A stretch of 64,000 bases of DNA from positions 14,880,001 to 14,944,000 of the forward strand of contig CM022677.1 in the NCBI GenBank assembly GCA_012295275.1, read 5' to 3'. Below, one piece after another: positions 13,101 to 26,700 of the stretch. Both the position numbers and the translations under genes were made by a program. Below the pieces are notes generated by a model. That model did no database searches, had not been told where the DNA came from, and was given only the letters and a program-made list of their open reading frames with translations. This DNA is from Chrysomallon squamiferum. Taxonomy: Eukaryota > Animalia > Mollusca. The first letter of the stretch is position 1; each line of letters begins with the position of its first letter.

Positions 13101-16100
13101 TTACCTGAAGATCGGTATTAATCTATTCCTGTATCTATCGTTATCTATAAGTGTGTATTAATCTATACGTGTATATATATATCATGATCTAAAGGTATGT
13201 ATTAATCTATATCTGTATCTATCGTTATCTTTGGGTGTGTGTTAATTTATATATGTATCCATAGTTATCTTTAGATGTGTGTTAATCTATATCTCTACTG
13301 TCATTACGTATTGGTGTTTATTTATCTATATATGTATATATTTTTATTTTTAGGTGTGTATTAATCTATATCTGTATCTATCCTTATCTACAGGTGGGTA
13401 TTAATCTACCTCTGAATCTATTGCATTCTTTTGGGGAATACATGTAGCTATCATAAGGTGTGTATTAATCAATATCTGTAGCCATCGTTATCTTTTGGTG
13501 TGTATTAATCTGTCTCTCTCTGCATCCTTATCTATATGTGATTATTAATCTGTATCTGTTTCTGTCGTTTTCTGTGCATGTGTATAAGTCTGTATCTATA
13601 TTTATAGTTAATATATATATATATATATATATATATGTCTATCATTATCTTTTTGATCGTATTTATCGATATTTGTATCTATCGTTATCTGTATTTCTGT
13701 ATTAATCTCTGTGTTAGTCGTCATCTATAGGTGTATATGAATATATATCTGTTTATGTCATTATATATAGGTGTATTTTAATATATATATATCTGTCCTT
13801 ATCTTTAGGTGTTCATTAATCTGTATCTGTATATATGGCTATTTATAGGTGTATACTAATCTGCATCTGTTTTCTGTCGTTATCTTTATGTCTGTATTAT
13901 TCTATATCTGTATCTATCAATATGTATATGTGTTTATTTAGCCATTATCTGTAGGTGTCTTTTAATCTGTGTCTGTACCTTTCCTTATCTATAGGAGTGT
14001 AATAGTCTACATCTGTTTCTATCGTTATAGTTAGGTGTTTCTTCATCAATATCTGTATCTATCACTATATTTGGGGTCTGAATTAATCAATATATGTGCG
14101 TGTGTGTTAATCTATATCTGTTTCCGTCACTGTCTGTAGATGTGTATTTATCTATATGTGTATCTATCGTTATATTTAGGTGTGTATTAATCTATATCTG
14201 TATATATAGTTACAGGTGTGTATTAATCTAGAACTGATATGTCTTGTCAATAGGTATTTATTAATATATATCTGTTTCCGTCGTTACCTATAAGAGTGTA
14301 TTAATCTAATTCAGTATCTATTGTTATCGTTGGGTGTGTATTAATCTATTTCGCTGTCTATCGTTATCTGTAGGTGTGTATTAACCTATATCTGTATCTG
14401 CAGTTATCTTTAGGTGTGTATTTATCCATATCTGCATCTATCATTATCGATCAGTGTTTATTAATCTATATTTTTATCTGTCTTTGCCTAGAGATGTGTA
14501 TTAATTTATATCTATATTTATATTTTTTCTATGTGTGTATTAATCTATATCTGTTTCTGTCGTTATCTATTGGTGTGTACTATCTATATGTGTACCTATA
14601 TCGTTTTATATCTATTGGTGCGTATTAATCTGTATCTATATCTGTCGTTATTTTTATGTGTGTATTAATTTATATTTGTATCTACCTTCATGATTAACCT
14701 ACATCTGCATCTGTAGTTATCTGTAGTTATCTTTAAATGTGTATTAATCTGTATATGTATCTATCTTTATCCTCTATCTGTATGTATCTTTATCCTTGCG
14801 TATATATTAAACTATATTTGTATCTATAGTTATCTTTATTAATCTACAGTTTATGTATTAATCTATATCTGTATCTTTCGGTGTCTATCTTTGTTTATTA
14901 ATCTATACCTTTATATATCGTCACCCATAGGTGTGTACTAATCTCTATATCTGTATATATCTATTAGGTGCGTGTAAATCTGTATCTCTATATATCGTTA
15001 TCCTTATATGCGTATTGACCTATATCTGTATATATCGTTATATTTATCTATATCTATATCTATACTTAAAAATTGTTTATAGGTGTTTATTAATTTATAT
15101 AGGTATCTATCGTTATCTTTAGGTGTGTATTAATCTATATCTGCATTGATTCTTATCTCTAGGTTCGTATTAATATATATATATCGTTATATGTTGTTTT
15201 GTATTAATGTATATCTGTTTCTATCGTTATCTGTAGGTGTGTATTAATCTGTGTCTGTATGTACTTTATCCATAGGTCTGTTTTAATCTACGTCTGTATG
15301 TACTTTATCCATAGGTCTGTTTTAATCTCTATCTGTTTCTATGATTATCTATAGGTGTGTATTAATCTATATCTGTTTTTATCGTGATCGATAGGTGTGT
15401 ATTAATCTATGTATCTTGTTCTCTATAGATGTAATTAATTTATATGTGAATCGTATCTATCATTGTCTTTAGGTGTGCTATTAATCTAAATCTCTACCTA
15501 TAGTCATCTACATATTAATCTAGATGTTATCTTTTGGTGGGTATTGATCTATATCTGTATATCTGTATATATCGATATGTTTATCTGTATCTGTGACTAT
15601 CATTACGTATACATGTTTATTAACCTATATCTGTATCTATCGTTATCTGTAGGTATGTATCTATCTATGGATCTGTCTCCGTTAATTATAGGTTATCTAT
15701 ATATATTTGTAGGTATGTATTAATTTGTGTGTGTATATATCTTTATCTATAGGTGTGTATCAATCTATATCTTTATATGTCGTGATCTCTAGGTGTGTAT
15801 TAATCTATATCTATAGGTATGTGTTAATCTACATCTGTATCGTTATCTTTAGGTGCGTATTAATCTATCGGTATCTACAGGTGTCTATTGATCTATATCT
15901 ATATCTGTATATATCGTTGTTTTTAGGTGTGTTTTAGTCTACATCTGTATCTATCTTTATTTTATGTGCATGTTAATCAGTATCAATCGTTATCTGTAGC
16001 TGTGTATTAATCTCTCTCTGTATGTATTTTGATCTTTTTGTGTGAATTAATCTGAATCTGTATCTATCAGTATATATCTGTATCTGTATGTATCAATCTA

Positions 16101-16115
16101 TATATGTGTTTATCA

Positions 16116-16153
<38 letters not shown>

Positions 16154-16600
16154 CTGTTGCTATCTGTAATTATGTATCAATCTATATTTGTGTTTATCAG
16201 TATATATCTGTATCTGTTGATATCTGTAAGTATGTATTAATCTATATATGTGTTTATCAGTATATATCTGTACCTGTTGATAACTGTAAGTATATATCAA
16301 TCTATGTGTGTTTATCAGTATATATCTGTATCTGTTGCTCTCTGTAAGCATGTATCAATCTATATATGTGTTTATCAGTATATATCTGTATCTGTTGCTA
16401 TCTGTAATTATGTATCAATCTATATATGTGTTTATCAGTATATATCTGTATCTGTTGCTATCTGTAATTATGTATCAGTCTGTATCAGTGTCTGTCGTTA
16501 TCTGTAAGTATATATGAATCTATTTCCATGTTTATTTCTTTCCTTGTAGTTATCTATCAGTCTAGTTATGTCTGTTGTTGTCTGTAGTATGATATCAGCA
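8020..16600 (-). repeat. Degenerate 40-bp satellite array (unit 1)
   Basis: + strand consensus near TATCTGTATCTATCGTTATCTGTAGGTGTGTATTAATCTA. Internal ~2-kb-offset duplication (about 9360 onward matches 11355 onward) and a 60-bp sub-array at ~16050-16500. Confidence 0.93.
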
Positions 16601-16869
16601 TATCTGTGTCTGTATGTGTGTGTTTGTCTACATCTAAATATATAAAACTATATAAATTAAATGATAATTTGCTTTGAGTTGTATACTGTTTATCTAAGTA
16701 ACTATCATAAAACTATGATTAAATTTAGAAGCGTCATCAAAACAAAAAACATTAAAATAATAAAAACAAAAAGTTATATTATAATTTAGACGCAAATTTA
16801 GACGGTTAACCAAATATAATATAGATCGGATTATGCCAAATTTGATGTAAAAATGCCAATTATGAAAAT

Positions 16870-17171
16870 TAATTTCCGATCAAGAACCACAGTTTATTTC
16901 TAGTATGCTGAATCAGCATTTAGATCAAGTCTCTGAAAAACAAAACAAAACAGAATTAGTTTTTTGTACTCACGGACAATATCCAGCAGAACTAGTAACA
17001 ACAGAGTAAATAATCCAGTACTTAATAATCCAAGAATTAGTAAACACACTGACTTAGTAATCCAAGAATTGCTAAACACAGAAATATTAGTCTAAAAATT
17101 AAAAACAGAATTAACAATCACATTCACCTTCAGAACGACGTCGTTCTCCAAGCAAGCGATCGAGTCACACT
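16870..17171 (-). ncRNA. Putative spliced non-coding 5' module B, copy 1 (exons 17171-17128, 17091-16974, 16932 to ~16870)
   Basis: Inr-like TCAGT about 28 nt after TATAAA. GT-AG introns 17127-17092 (36 nt) and 16973-16933 (41 nt; GTGAGT, CTAAT, pyrimidine tract, CAG). AATAAA at 16898-16893. No conserved ORF. Colinear with 33212-33513. Confidence 0.6.
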
Positions 17172-17255
17172 GATTTCAATTGTTGACGTCATATTTATAC
17201 TCGCCAGAAATACGGAAATTACCGAGTGTTACGTCATTGGTTTACATGGCTGAAA
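17165..17255 (-). promoter_or_regulatory. Pol II core promoter: TATA box, Inr, perfect CRE, CCAAT plus second CRE-like site
   Basis: On the minus strand: CCAAT-GACGTAA (17240-17229), TATAAA (17199-17194), TGACGTCA (17184-17191), TCAGT at 17173-17169. All are retained in the second copy. Confidence 0.7.
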
Positions 17256-18954
17256 GTTTGTGTATTTTCCAAAAGAACAAAATTAGTTGTAAATTATTAT
17301 TTATTATCGTAATTTTGCTGCAATGCGCGCAGCAATAAATAGCACAAACAACAAAAACCACCGTAAAAATGTATTCAAAATCATAATATTTATTTATTTC
17401 TTTATTTAATTATTTATTGATTTATTTATATATTTTTTATCTATTTTTTAATCTATCTTTTATTTATTTCTTTTTTCTTTTTATCTTTATTTACTTATTT
17501 GTTTTGGAACCATAGTGTTTGTGACCAAATGCCACATACATCACATTCCATCCAACTGTTCCTATGTCAGTGTGTTTAGACAATCAGTCACGTGACATTC
17601 TCCTTTCCACTGAAGACTTCTGTGACAAATAAGTCATTTTTTTCTTAAACGTAGTTCCTCATCTGTAGAATATGTTCATGGGTGGGAAACTGGTACAACA
17701 TTATACATTAACACCTTTCCAAAAAATAATTAATTTCATTTAATATCAACTTTCTGATATCAGAATTTAATTTCAGATTATTTACATCTCCGCTATATAT
17801 ACAGGTTTAAATTACAAGGAGCATCAATCAAATTTTCACAAAAGTCAGAATAAAATTGACATCAACATCTGAGGCTTGCAACTCCTTTCTGAATCCATAA
17901 TCTTTTTTTCCTTCTGCATTTATTTTTTATTTATTTTTTTGTGACTCCTTATTCAGATATCTCTATTTAAATTAGATAAACACTTAATTATTTATCAAAC
18001 CAGGAACATAAAAAATCTATACAAGAAAACAGTGCTGCATATTTTTAACCTACAACATTGGAACATTTTCTCCTGTTTCAACTTCTGTCAGTCATTACTT
18101 AACTTGTCAGTTAATTTTTCTTTGCTTCCCATCCATCTTTAATCTGATGTAAAAGAAAAAACATTTTGCATTATCTCAATGTGACACAAATATAAAAACC
18201 TTATAAATATATTTAAATAGACGGTTTTTGTTTTCCCATGAAACATGCATTTTGTAAATCAATCATCTAAAATTATGTAATATTATGTAAACTATTCAAT
18301 AGTGATAGCATGACAGTTGGTTCCATTTTGTCACTAAATCAGAAATGAATTGATCAATGCACTTTTAGTGTTAGGTGGTGCTGATGTAAAAATATGTTAT
18401 TTCAATTAAAATAAAAGCATGCCTTACAGGATTTTGTGATGGTCAGATTTCAGTTAGATATTTCCATGATCGGTACAACATTTTAACAGTTGACATAAAA
18501 TATGATACAATTTTTTAATTTGTTTCTTAAACTGCACACAGCAGAAACCTAAGATTTATATTTATTTAACAAATACCATATTAAATACAAACATGAAACA
18601 GAATCTGCTTTGCATCTCACAGACATATCCATAATGTGAACTGACGTAAAACTGGATAATATTCACTCATAGAAAATGTCTTTCTTTCCGCCATTCTGAA
18701 ATATAGGTCAGAACTATGTGACGTCAAACGTACTGTTATGAATATTCATCAGCTCCTTTACTTCCGTCGCACGTGTCATGAGGGGTATTCTCCAAGTTTG
18801 AGCTGTCAACAATTCCTTTTGTTTATGTTTTATGTTTTATTTATTTATTAGTAGTAGTAGTATTAGTAGTATTAGTAATAGTTGTAGTGGTAGTATGCCA
18901 TTCCAGCAGATTTTATCGTCACCTAGAAATGAAAATGAAAACGTATTTGGGGTT

Positions 18955-19007
<53 letters not shown>

Positions 19008-19588
19008 CACTTATTATGAAATTTAGTAAGTTAATAAAATATATGTGATTGCGGAAGAATAGGAATTATTTTGAATCCCATGAAATATTCGTTCTTTTTT
19101 ATTTTTTATTTTTATTTTTATTTTACTTTTCTTTATTTTTATTGTTATTTTTTTTAATTAATATTTCTAATAACACATCATTTTGTGTAATGCATACTTC
19201 CTCGACGTTTACTTATTTGAAATTTATTTATTTATTTATTTATTTTACATTTTATTTTATTTCAAGAAATGATTTTAGGATTGAGCTTGAATATTTTTCA
19301 TAATAAAAATATCGTTTAGGGTAAGGGAGATAATTCTTTTTGTTTATAAACATTTAATTACATTTTCCCTTTCTTTCGTATTGTTTCTTTTATATTCCTT
19401 TTGGTGTTTCTTTACATTTTATTTTTATTCTTTTTTTTTTAAATTATAATTACAACTATAATTATTATTATTGTCGTCGTCATCGTTGTTCTATAGCTTT
19501 AATAATTTCTCCAGGTTTATCCACGTATAGCAGCTAAATTCAATATTTTATTCAACATACTAAACACACACTCACTCACACACACACA

Positions 19589-19629
<41 letters not shown>

Positions 19630-19929
19630 CCCTTTCTGGCTCAAAAAAAACAGAAAAATTCAATTTTCATAATTTATTGTAAACGTATTCTTTAAATATT
19701 TTGGAACGGAGATGAGTTTCATCTTTAGGTATGTTTATCATCAAACACTTCCTTGAAAACACTAATTTGATTAGTCAAATGTGTAATGTAGGAAATACAA
19801 ACACAGTTACAGAGAGAAACAAACGTGCTTGTATGTGTACATGCATGTGTGCACTTGTAGGTGGACATACATGAATGAGTGTACACAGACACACAAACAC
19901 ATTATAAATATGTAAAACACACACATATA

Positions 19930-19974
19930 TAGATAGACAAACAGATATACAGAAAGACAGACAGATAGATAGAC

Positions 19975-20013
<39 letters not shown>

Positions 20014-20014
20014 G

Positions 20015-20053
<39 letters not shown>

Positions 20054-20062
20054 GAGATAGAT
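19930..20062. repeat. (GATA/GACA)n microsatellite
   Basis: Tetranucleotide run; a shorter homologous tract flanks element A copy 2 at ~7660-7700. Confidence 0.9.
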
Positions 20063-20115
20063 ATAATTTATTGAAATAATTATATTCTTCGATAACTTAT
20101 TTCTTAAATATAAAT

Positions 20116-20306
20116 TTGTACCTATGGTGAACAGTCCCCCGGTAATCCATTTTCAAGTACAAATTACCGTATTAGCCACTACGAGGTGGGGGTGTCATCA
20201 CTCACCAGGTGACTCCGTGTCGCTGCATTTTAGGTACAATTTATTAAAACAATGGTGAGCAATCATCTAAAATTTACTTTGAATTTCAAACAGTATAAGA
20301 CACATA
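20116..20306 (-). ncRNA. Conserved structured element A, copy 3 (core 20116-20239)
   Basis: Core matches copy 2 base for base on reading, while sequence beyond ~20306 diverges. Confidence 0.65.
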
Positions 20307-20386
20307 CATAAAAAATTTTTAAGTCAAAAAAGAGTCTTATTTTACAATTTTCCATGTTGTTACTATTCATATTAGATTAAGTGATC

Positions 20387-20469
<83 letters not shown>

Positions 20470-20719
20470 TCCGTATTAATCCATCGGTGTATATATTGTT
20501 ATAAGAGGCACGTATCATTTCTGATGTATATTCATCGATATTTCTAGTTGTCTGTCGATGTCTGTAAGTATGTATCGATGTCAGTGCAGATCTTTTGTTA
20601 TTTGTAGGCAGTATTATTGATCTTTGTGTGGAATCTGAACAAGATTCTTCGTTGTCTGTATTACTCAACTGAATTTAATGCTTACCATCGGTACATAACA
20701 GTCCATATCGGTGCCATTT

Positions 20720-23700
20720 TATATCTGTAGGTGTGTCTCTCTCGTTATCTGAAGCTGGGTCTCAATCTATACACGTTTCTCCATTATCTGTAGCTGTGAA
20801 CTGCTATATGTCTGTATCACTATCTGTACATTTGTATCAATCTCTTTCTGTTTCTATCTTTATTTACAGGTGTGTATTAATCTATATGTGTACCTGTCAT
20901 TATCAGTAGGTGTGTATTAACATACATATATATGTGTGTGTTTTGGTTATATGTAGGTATGTACCAGCCCATATCTGTATCTATTTCTATCAATCTATAT
21001 GTTTCTGTTCTTCTGTAGGTATGTATCAACCTTTATCTGTATCTATTGTTATCTATAGGTGTGTATTAATCTATACCTGTATCTATGTTTATCTTTAGCT
21101 GTTTGTTAATCTATATCTGTATCTCTTGTTATTTGTAGGTGTATAGTAATCCTATCTGTATCAACTGTCATCTACTTGTCTTTATAAACCTATACCTGAA
21201 TCTAACATGATCTGTAGCTGATATATAATGTAATAATAGTATTGATTTATATTTGAATCTATCGTTATCTTCAGATGCCTATTAATCAAAACCTGTATCT
21301 ATCTTTATCTTTTGGTGTGTAGTAACGTATATCCTGTTTATAGTCATCTATACCTGTATGTCTCGTTATCTATATGTGTGTATTAATCTATTCCTGTATG
21401 TCTCGTTATCTTTGGGTGTATATTAATTTATATCTATATGTATTGTTATCTATATCTGTGTTTAATCTATACCTGTATGTATCCTTGATCTATATGTGTG
21501 TATTAATCTATTCCTGTATGTATAGTTATCTATAGGTTTGTTTTAATATATATATATATGTATATATTTATCTATAAGTGTGTATTAATCTAGATAGACC
21601 TGTATGTATCTTTATCTATAAGTGTGTATTAATCTATTCCTGTATGTATCTTAATCTATAGGTGTTTATTAGTCTGTATCTGTATCTGCCGTTATCTTCA
21701 CCTGCGTTTCAGTGTATGGCTGTATCTATCTTTAGGTGTGTACTGGTGTATAAATCTGTACCTCTGTCTATTGTTATCTATAGATGTATATTAATCTATA
21801 TCTGCATGTATCGTCATCTTTAGGTTTGTATCAGTCTGTATCTGTATCTATCGCTATCTACAGGTGTTTATTAACCTTTATCTGTATTGTCGTTATCTTT
21901 ATCTGTATTTATCGTTATCTTTAGGTGTGTCTCATTCTATAACTGTATATATCGTTATATTTAGGTGTATATTAATCTATATCTTTATAGGTGTGTAATA
22001 ATTTAGATCTGTTTCTGTCGTTATGTGTTGAAGTGTATTACTCTATATCTGCATCTATCCTTATGTATGGGTGTGTATTATTCTAAATATGTAGGCATTG
22101 TTATTTCTAGGTATGTATACATCTGTATCTGTTTCTAGCCTTGTACAGAGGTATGTGTCTGTCTATATCACTAGTTATCGTATTTTATAGTTGTGTATTA
22201 ATCTGTATGTTTCATTATCTTTATATATATCTGTAGTTTCGTTATTTCTCGGTGCATATTGATTTATATCTCTATCTACCCTTATCTCTGTATCTGTATC
22301 TATCGTTATTTTTATCCATATCTATATATATATATCGTTATCTTTAGGTGTTTATTAATCTATATATGTATCTACCGTTATGTTTGGGTCTGTATTAATC
22401 TATACCTGTATCTAGGGTTCTATTAATCAATATGTGTGTCTATCGCTATTTGTAGATGTGTATTAATCTATATATGTAGCTACCGTTGTTTTTATGAGTG
22501 TATTAAACAACATCTCTATATGTAGTTATTTAAAGGTGTATATTAATCTATACCTGTATGTATAGTTATCTATAGGCGTGTATTAATCTATATCTCTTTC
22601 TATCGTTATCTGTAGGTATGAATTAAACTCTTCCTGTGTCACTCGTAATCTCTAAGTGTGTCTTAATCTATACCTGTATCAATCGTTATCTCTATGTGTG
22701 CATTAATATATATCTCTATATATCGCTATCTTTAGTGTGTATTTATCTATATATCTATGTCTATCCTTATTTTTAGCTCTTTGTTAATGTACACCTGTAT
22801 CTGTCTTTATCTTCAGCTGTTTCTTAATGTATACCTGTATCTGTCTTTATCTTTGTATGTGTTTTAATGTATACCTGTATCTGTCTTTATCTTTAGATGT
22901 TTGTTAATGTATACCTGTATCTATCTTTATCTTTAGCTGTTTGTTAATGTACACATGTATCTGTCTTTATCTTTGTCTGTGTTTTAATGTGTACCTGTAT
23001 CTATCTTTATCTTTAGATGTCTGTTAATGTATACCTGTATCTATCTTTATTTTTAGCTGTTTGTTAATGTACACATGTATCTGTCTTTATCTTTAGCTGC
23101 TTGTTAAGGTATACCTCTATCTATATTTACCGTTAGCTATGTGTTAATATATCTTTATCTTTAGGTGTATGTTAATCAATACCTGTATATTTCTTTATAT
23201 TTAGACGTATTTTAATGTATACCGGTATCTGTCTTTATATTTAGCTGTTTGTTAATGTATATCTGTATCTGTCTTTATATTTAGATGTTTGTTAATATAT
23301 AGCTTTATCTGTCTTTATATTTAGATGTTTGTTAATATACATCTGTATCTACATTTATGTTTAGATGTGTGTTAATGTATACCTATATCTGTCTTTATCT
23401 TTCGCTGCTTCTTAACGTATACCTGTATCTATCTTTATCTTTAGCTGTGTGTTAATGTATAACTGCATCTATCTCTGTATTTAGATGTGTGTTAATATAT
23501 ACCTTTGTCTATCTTTATCTTTATGTGTTTGTTAATGTATACCTGTATCTGTCTTTATCTTTACCTCTTTGTTAATGTATACCTGTATCTGTCTTTATCT
23601 TTAGCTCTTTGTTAATGTATACCTGTATCTGTCTTTATCTTTATGTGTTTGTTAATGTATACCTGTATCTATCTTTATCTTTATCTGTGTGTTAATGTAT

Positions 23701-26700
23701 ACCTGTATCTGTCTTTATCTTTAGCTCTTTGTTAATGTATACCTGTATCTGTCTTTAGCTTTAGCTGTTTATTAATATATACCTGTATCTATCTTTATCT
23801 TTAACTATTTGTTTAATGTTTACCTGTATCTATCTTTATGTTTAGCTGTTTCTTAACGTATACCTGTATCTGTCTTTATATTTAGAACTGTGTTAATGTA
23901 TAATTCTATCTATCTCTATCTTTAGAAGTCTGTTAATCTATACCCGTATCTATCTTTATATTTAGCTGTTTCTTAATGTATACCTGTATCTATCTTTATC
24001 TTTAGATGTTTGTTAATCTATACCTGTATCTATCTTTATCTTTAGCTCTTTGTTAATGTATACCTGTATCTGTCTTTACATTTAGCTGTTTGTTAATGTA
24101 TACCTGTATCTGCCTTTATCTTTAGCTGTTTGTTAATGTACACATGTATCTGTCTTTATCTTTGTCTGTGTTTTAATGTGTACCTGTATCTATCTTTATG
24201 TTTAGATGTCTGTTAATGTATACCTGTATCTATCTTTATTTTTAGCTGGTTGTTAATGTATACGTGTATCTGTCTTTATCTTTAGCTGCTTGTTAAGGTA
24301 TACCTCTATCTATATTTACCGTTAGCTATGTGTTAATATATCTTTATCTTTAGGTGTATGTTAATCAATACCTGTATATTTCTTTATATTTAGACGTATT
24401 TTAATGTATACCGGTATCTGTCTTTAAATTTAGCTGTTTGTTAATGTATATCTGTATCTATCTTTCTATTTAGATATCTGTTAATATATAGCTTTATCTG
24501 TCTTTATATTTAGGTCTTTGTTAATGTATATCTCTATCTGTCTTTATATTTAGCTGTTTGTTAATGTATATCTGTATCTGTCTTTATATTTAGATGTTTG
24601 TTAATATATAGCTTTATCTGTCTTTATATTTAGATGTTTGTTAATATACATCTGTATCTACATTTATGTTTAGATGTGTGTTAATGTATACCTATATCTG
24701 TCTTTATCTTTCGCTGCTTCTTAACGTATACCTGTATCTATCTTTATCTTTAGCTGTTTGTTAATTTATACCTGTGTTTATCTTTATCTTTAGATCTTTG
24801 TTAAAGTATACCTGTAACTATCTTTATTTTGACCTAATTGTTAATGCATACCTGTAACTATATTTATCTTTATCGGTGTGTTAATGTATAACTGCATCTA
24901 TCTCTGTATTTAGATGTGTGTTAATATATACCTTTGTCTATCTTTATCTTTATGTGTTTGTTAATGTATACCTGTATCTGTCTTTATCTTTAGCTCTTTG
25001 TTAATGTATACCTGTATCTGTCTTTATCTTTAGCTGCTTGTTAAGGTATACCTCTATCTATCTTTTACCGTTAGCTATGTGTTAATATATCTTTATCTTT
25101 TAGGTGTATGTTAATCAATACCTGTATATTTCTTTATATTTAGACGTATTTTAATGTATACCGGTATCTGTCTTTTAAATTTAGCTGTTTGTTAATGTAT
25201 ATCTGTATCTATCTTTCTATTTAGATATCTGTTAATATATAGCTTTATCTGTCTTTATATTTAGGTCTTTGTTAATGTATATCTCTATCTGTCTTTATAT
25301 TTAGCTGTTTGTTAATGTATATCTGTATCTGTCTTTATATTTAGATGTTTGTTAATATACATCTGTATCTACATTTATGTTTAGATGTGTGTTAATGTAT
25401 ACCTATATCTGTCTTTATCATTTCGCTGCTTCTTAACGTATACCTGTATCTATCTTTATCTTTAGCTGTTTGTTAATTTATACCTGTGTTTATCTTTATC
25501 TTTAGATCTTTGTTAAAGTATACCTGTAACTATCTTTATTTTGACCTAATTGTTAATGCATACCTGTAACTATATTTATCTTTATCGGTGTGTTAATGTA
25601 TAACTGCATCTATCTCTGTATTTAGATGTGTGTTAATATATACCTTTGTCTATCTTTATCTTTATGTGTTTGTTAATGTATACCTGTATCTGTCTTTATC
25701 TTTAGCTCTTTGTTAATGTATACCTGTATCTGTCTTTATCTTTATCTCTTTGTTAATGTATACCTGTATCTGTCTTTATCTTTTGCTGTTTGTTAATGTA
25801 TACCTTATCTATATTTATCTTTAGCTCTTTGTTAATGTATACCTGTATCTGTCTTTATCTTTAGCTGTTTATTAATATATACCTGTATCTATCTTTATCT
25901 TTAACTATTTCTTAATGTTTACCTGTATCTATATTTATGTTTAGCTGTTTATTAATGTATACCTGCATCTATCTTTAGCTTTAGCTGTTTCTTAACGTAT
26001 ACCTGTATCTGTCTTTATCTTTAGACCTGTGTTAATGTATAATTCTATCTATCTCTATCTTTAGAAGTCTGTTAATCTATACCCGTATCTATCTTTATAT
26101 TTAGCTGTTTCTTAATGTATACCTGTAACTGTCTTTATCTTTAGATGTTTGTTAATCTATACCTGTATCTATCTTTATATTTAGCTGTTTCTTAATGTAT
26201 ACCTGTGTCTATCTTTATCTTTAGCTGTTTGTTAATGTATACCTGTATCTGTCTTTATATTTAGACGTATTTTAATGTATACCGGTATCTGTCTTTATAT
26301 TTAGCTGTTTGTTAATGTATATCTGTATCTATCTTTCTATTTAGATATCTGTTAATGTATAGCTGTATCTGTCTTTATATTTAGGTCTTTGTTAATGTAT
26401 ACCTGTATCTGTCTTTACCTTTAGATGTTTGTTAATGTATACCTGTATCTATCTTTATATTTAGATGTTTGTTAATGTATACCTGTATCTGTCTTTATCT
26501 TTAGCTGTTTGTTAATGTATACCTGTATCTATCTTTATCTTTAGATGTTTGTTAATGTATACCTGTATATGTCTTTATCTTTAGATGTTTGTTAATGTAT
26601 ACCAGTATCTCTCTTTATCATTAGATGTGTGTTAATGTATACCTATATCTGTCTTTATCTTTCGCTGCTTCTTAACGTATACCTGTATCTATCTTTATCT

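Noticed and set aside
17128-17150. Heat-shock element (GAA/TTC blocks)
   Set aside because: Spacing does not follow contiguous nGAAn pentamer inversions, and it lies downstream of the predicted start.
17160-17180. Iron-responsive element (CAGTGT on the minus strand)
   Set aside because: The flanks do not form the 5-bp upper stem with a bulged C; the motif is better explained as the Inr.
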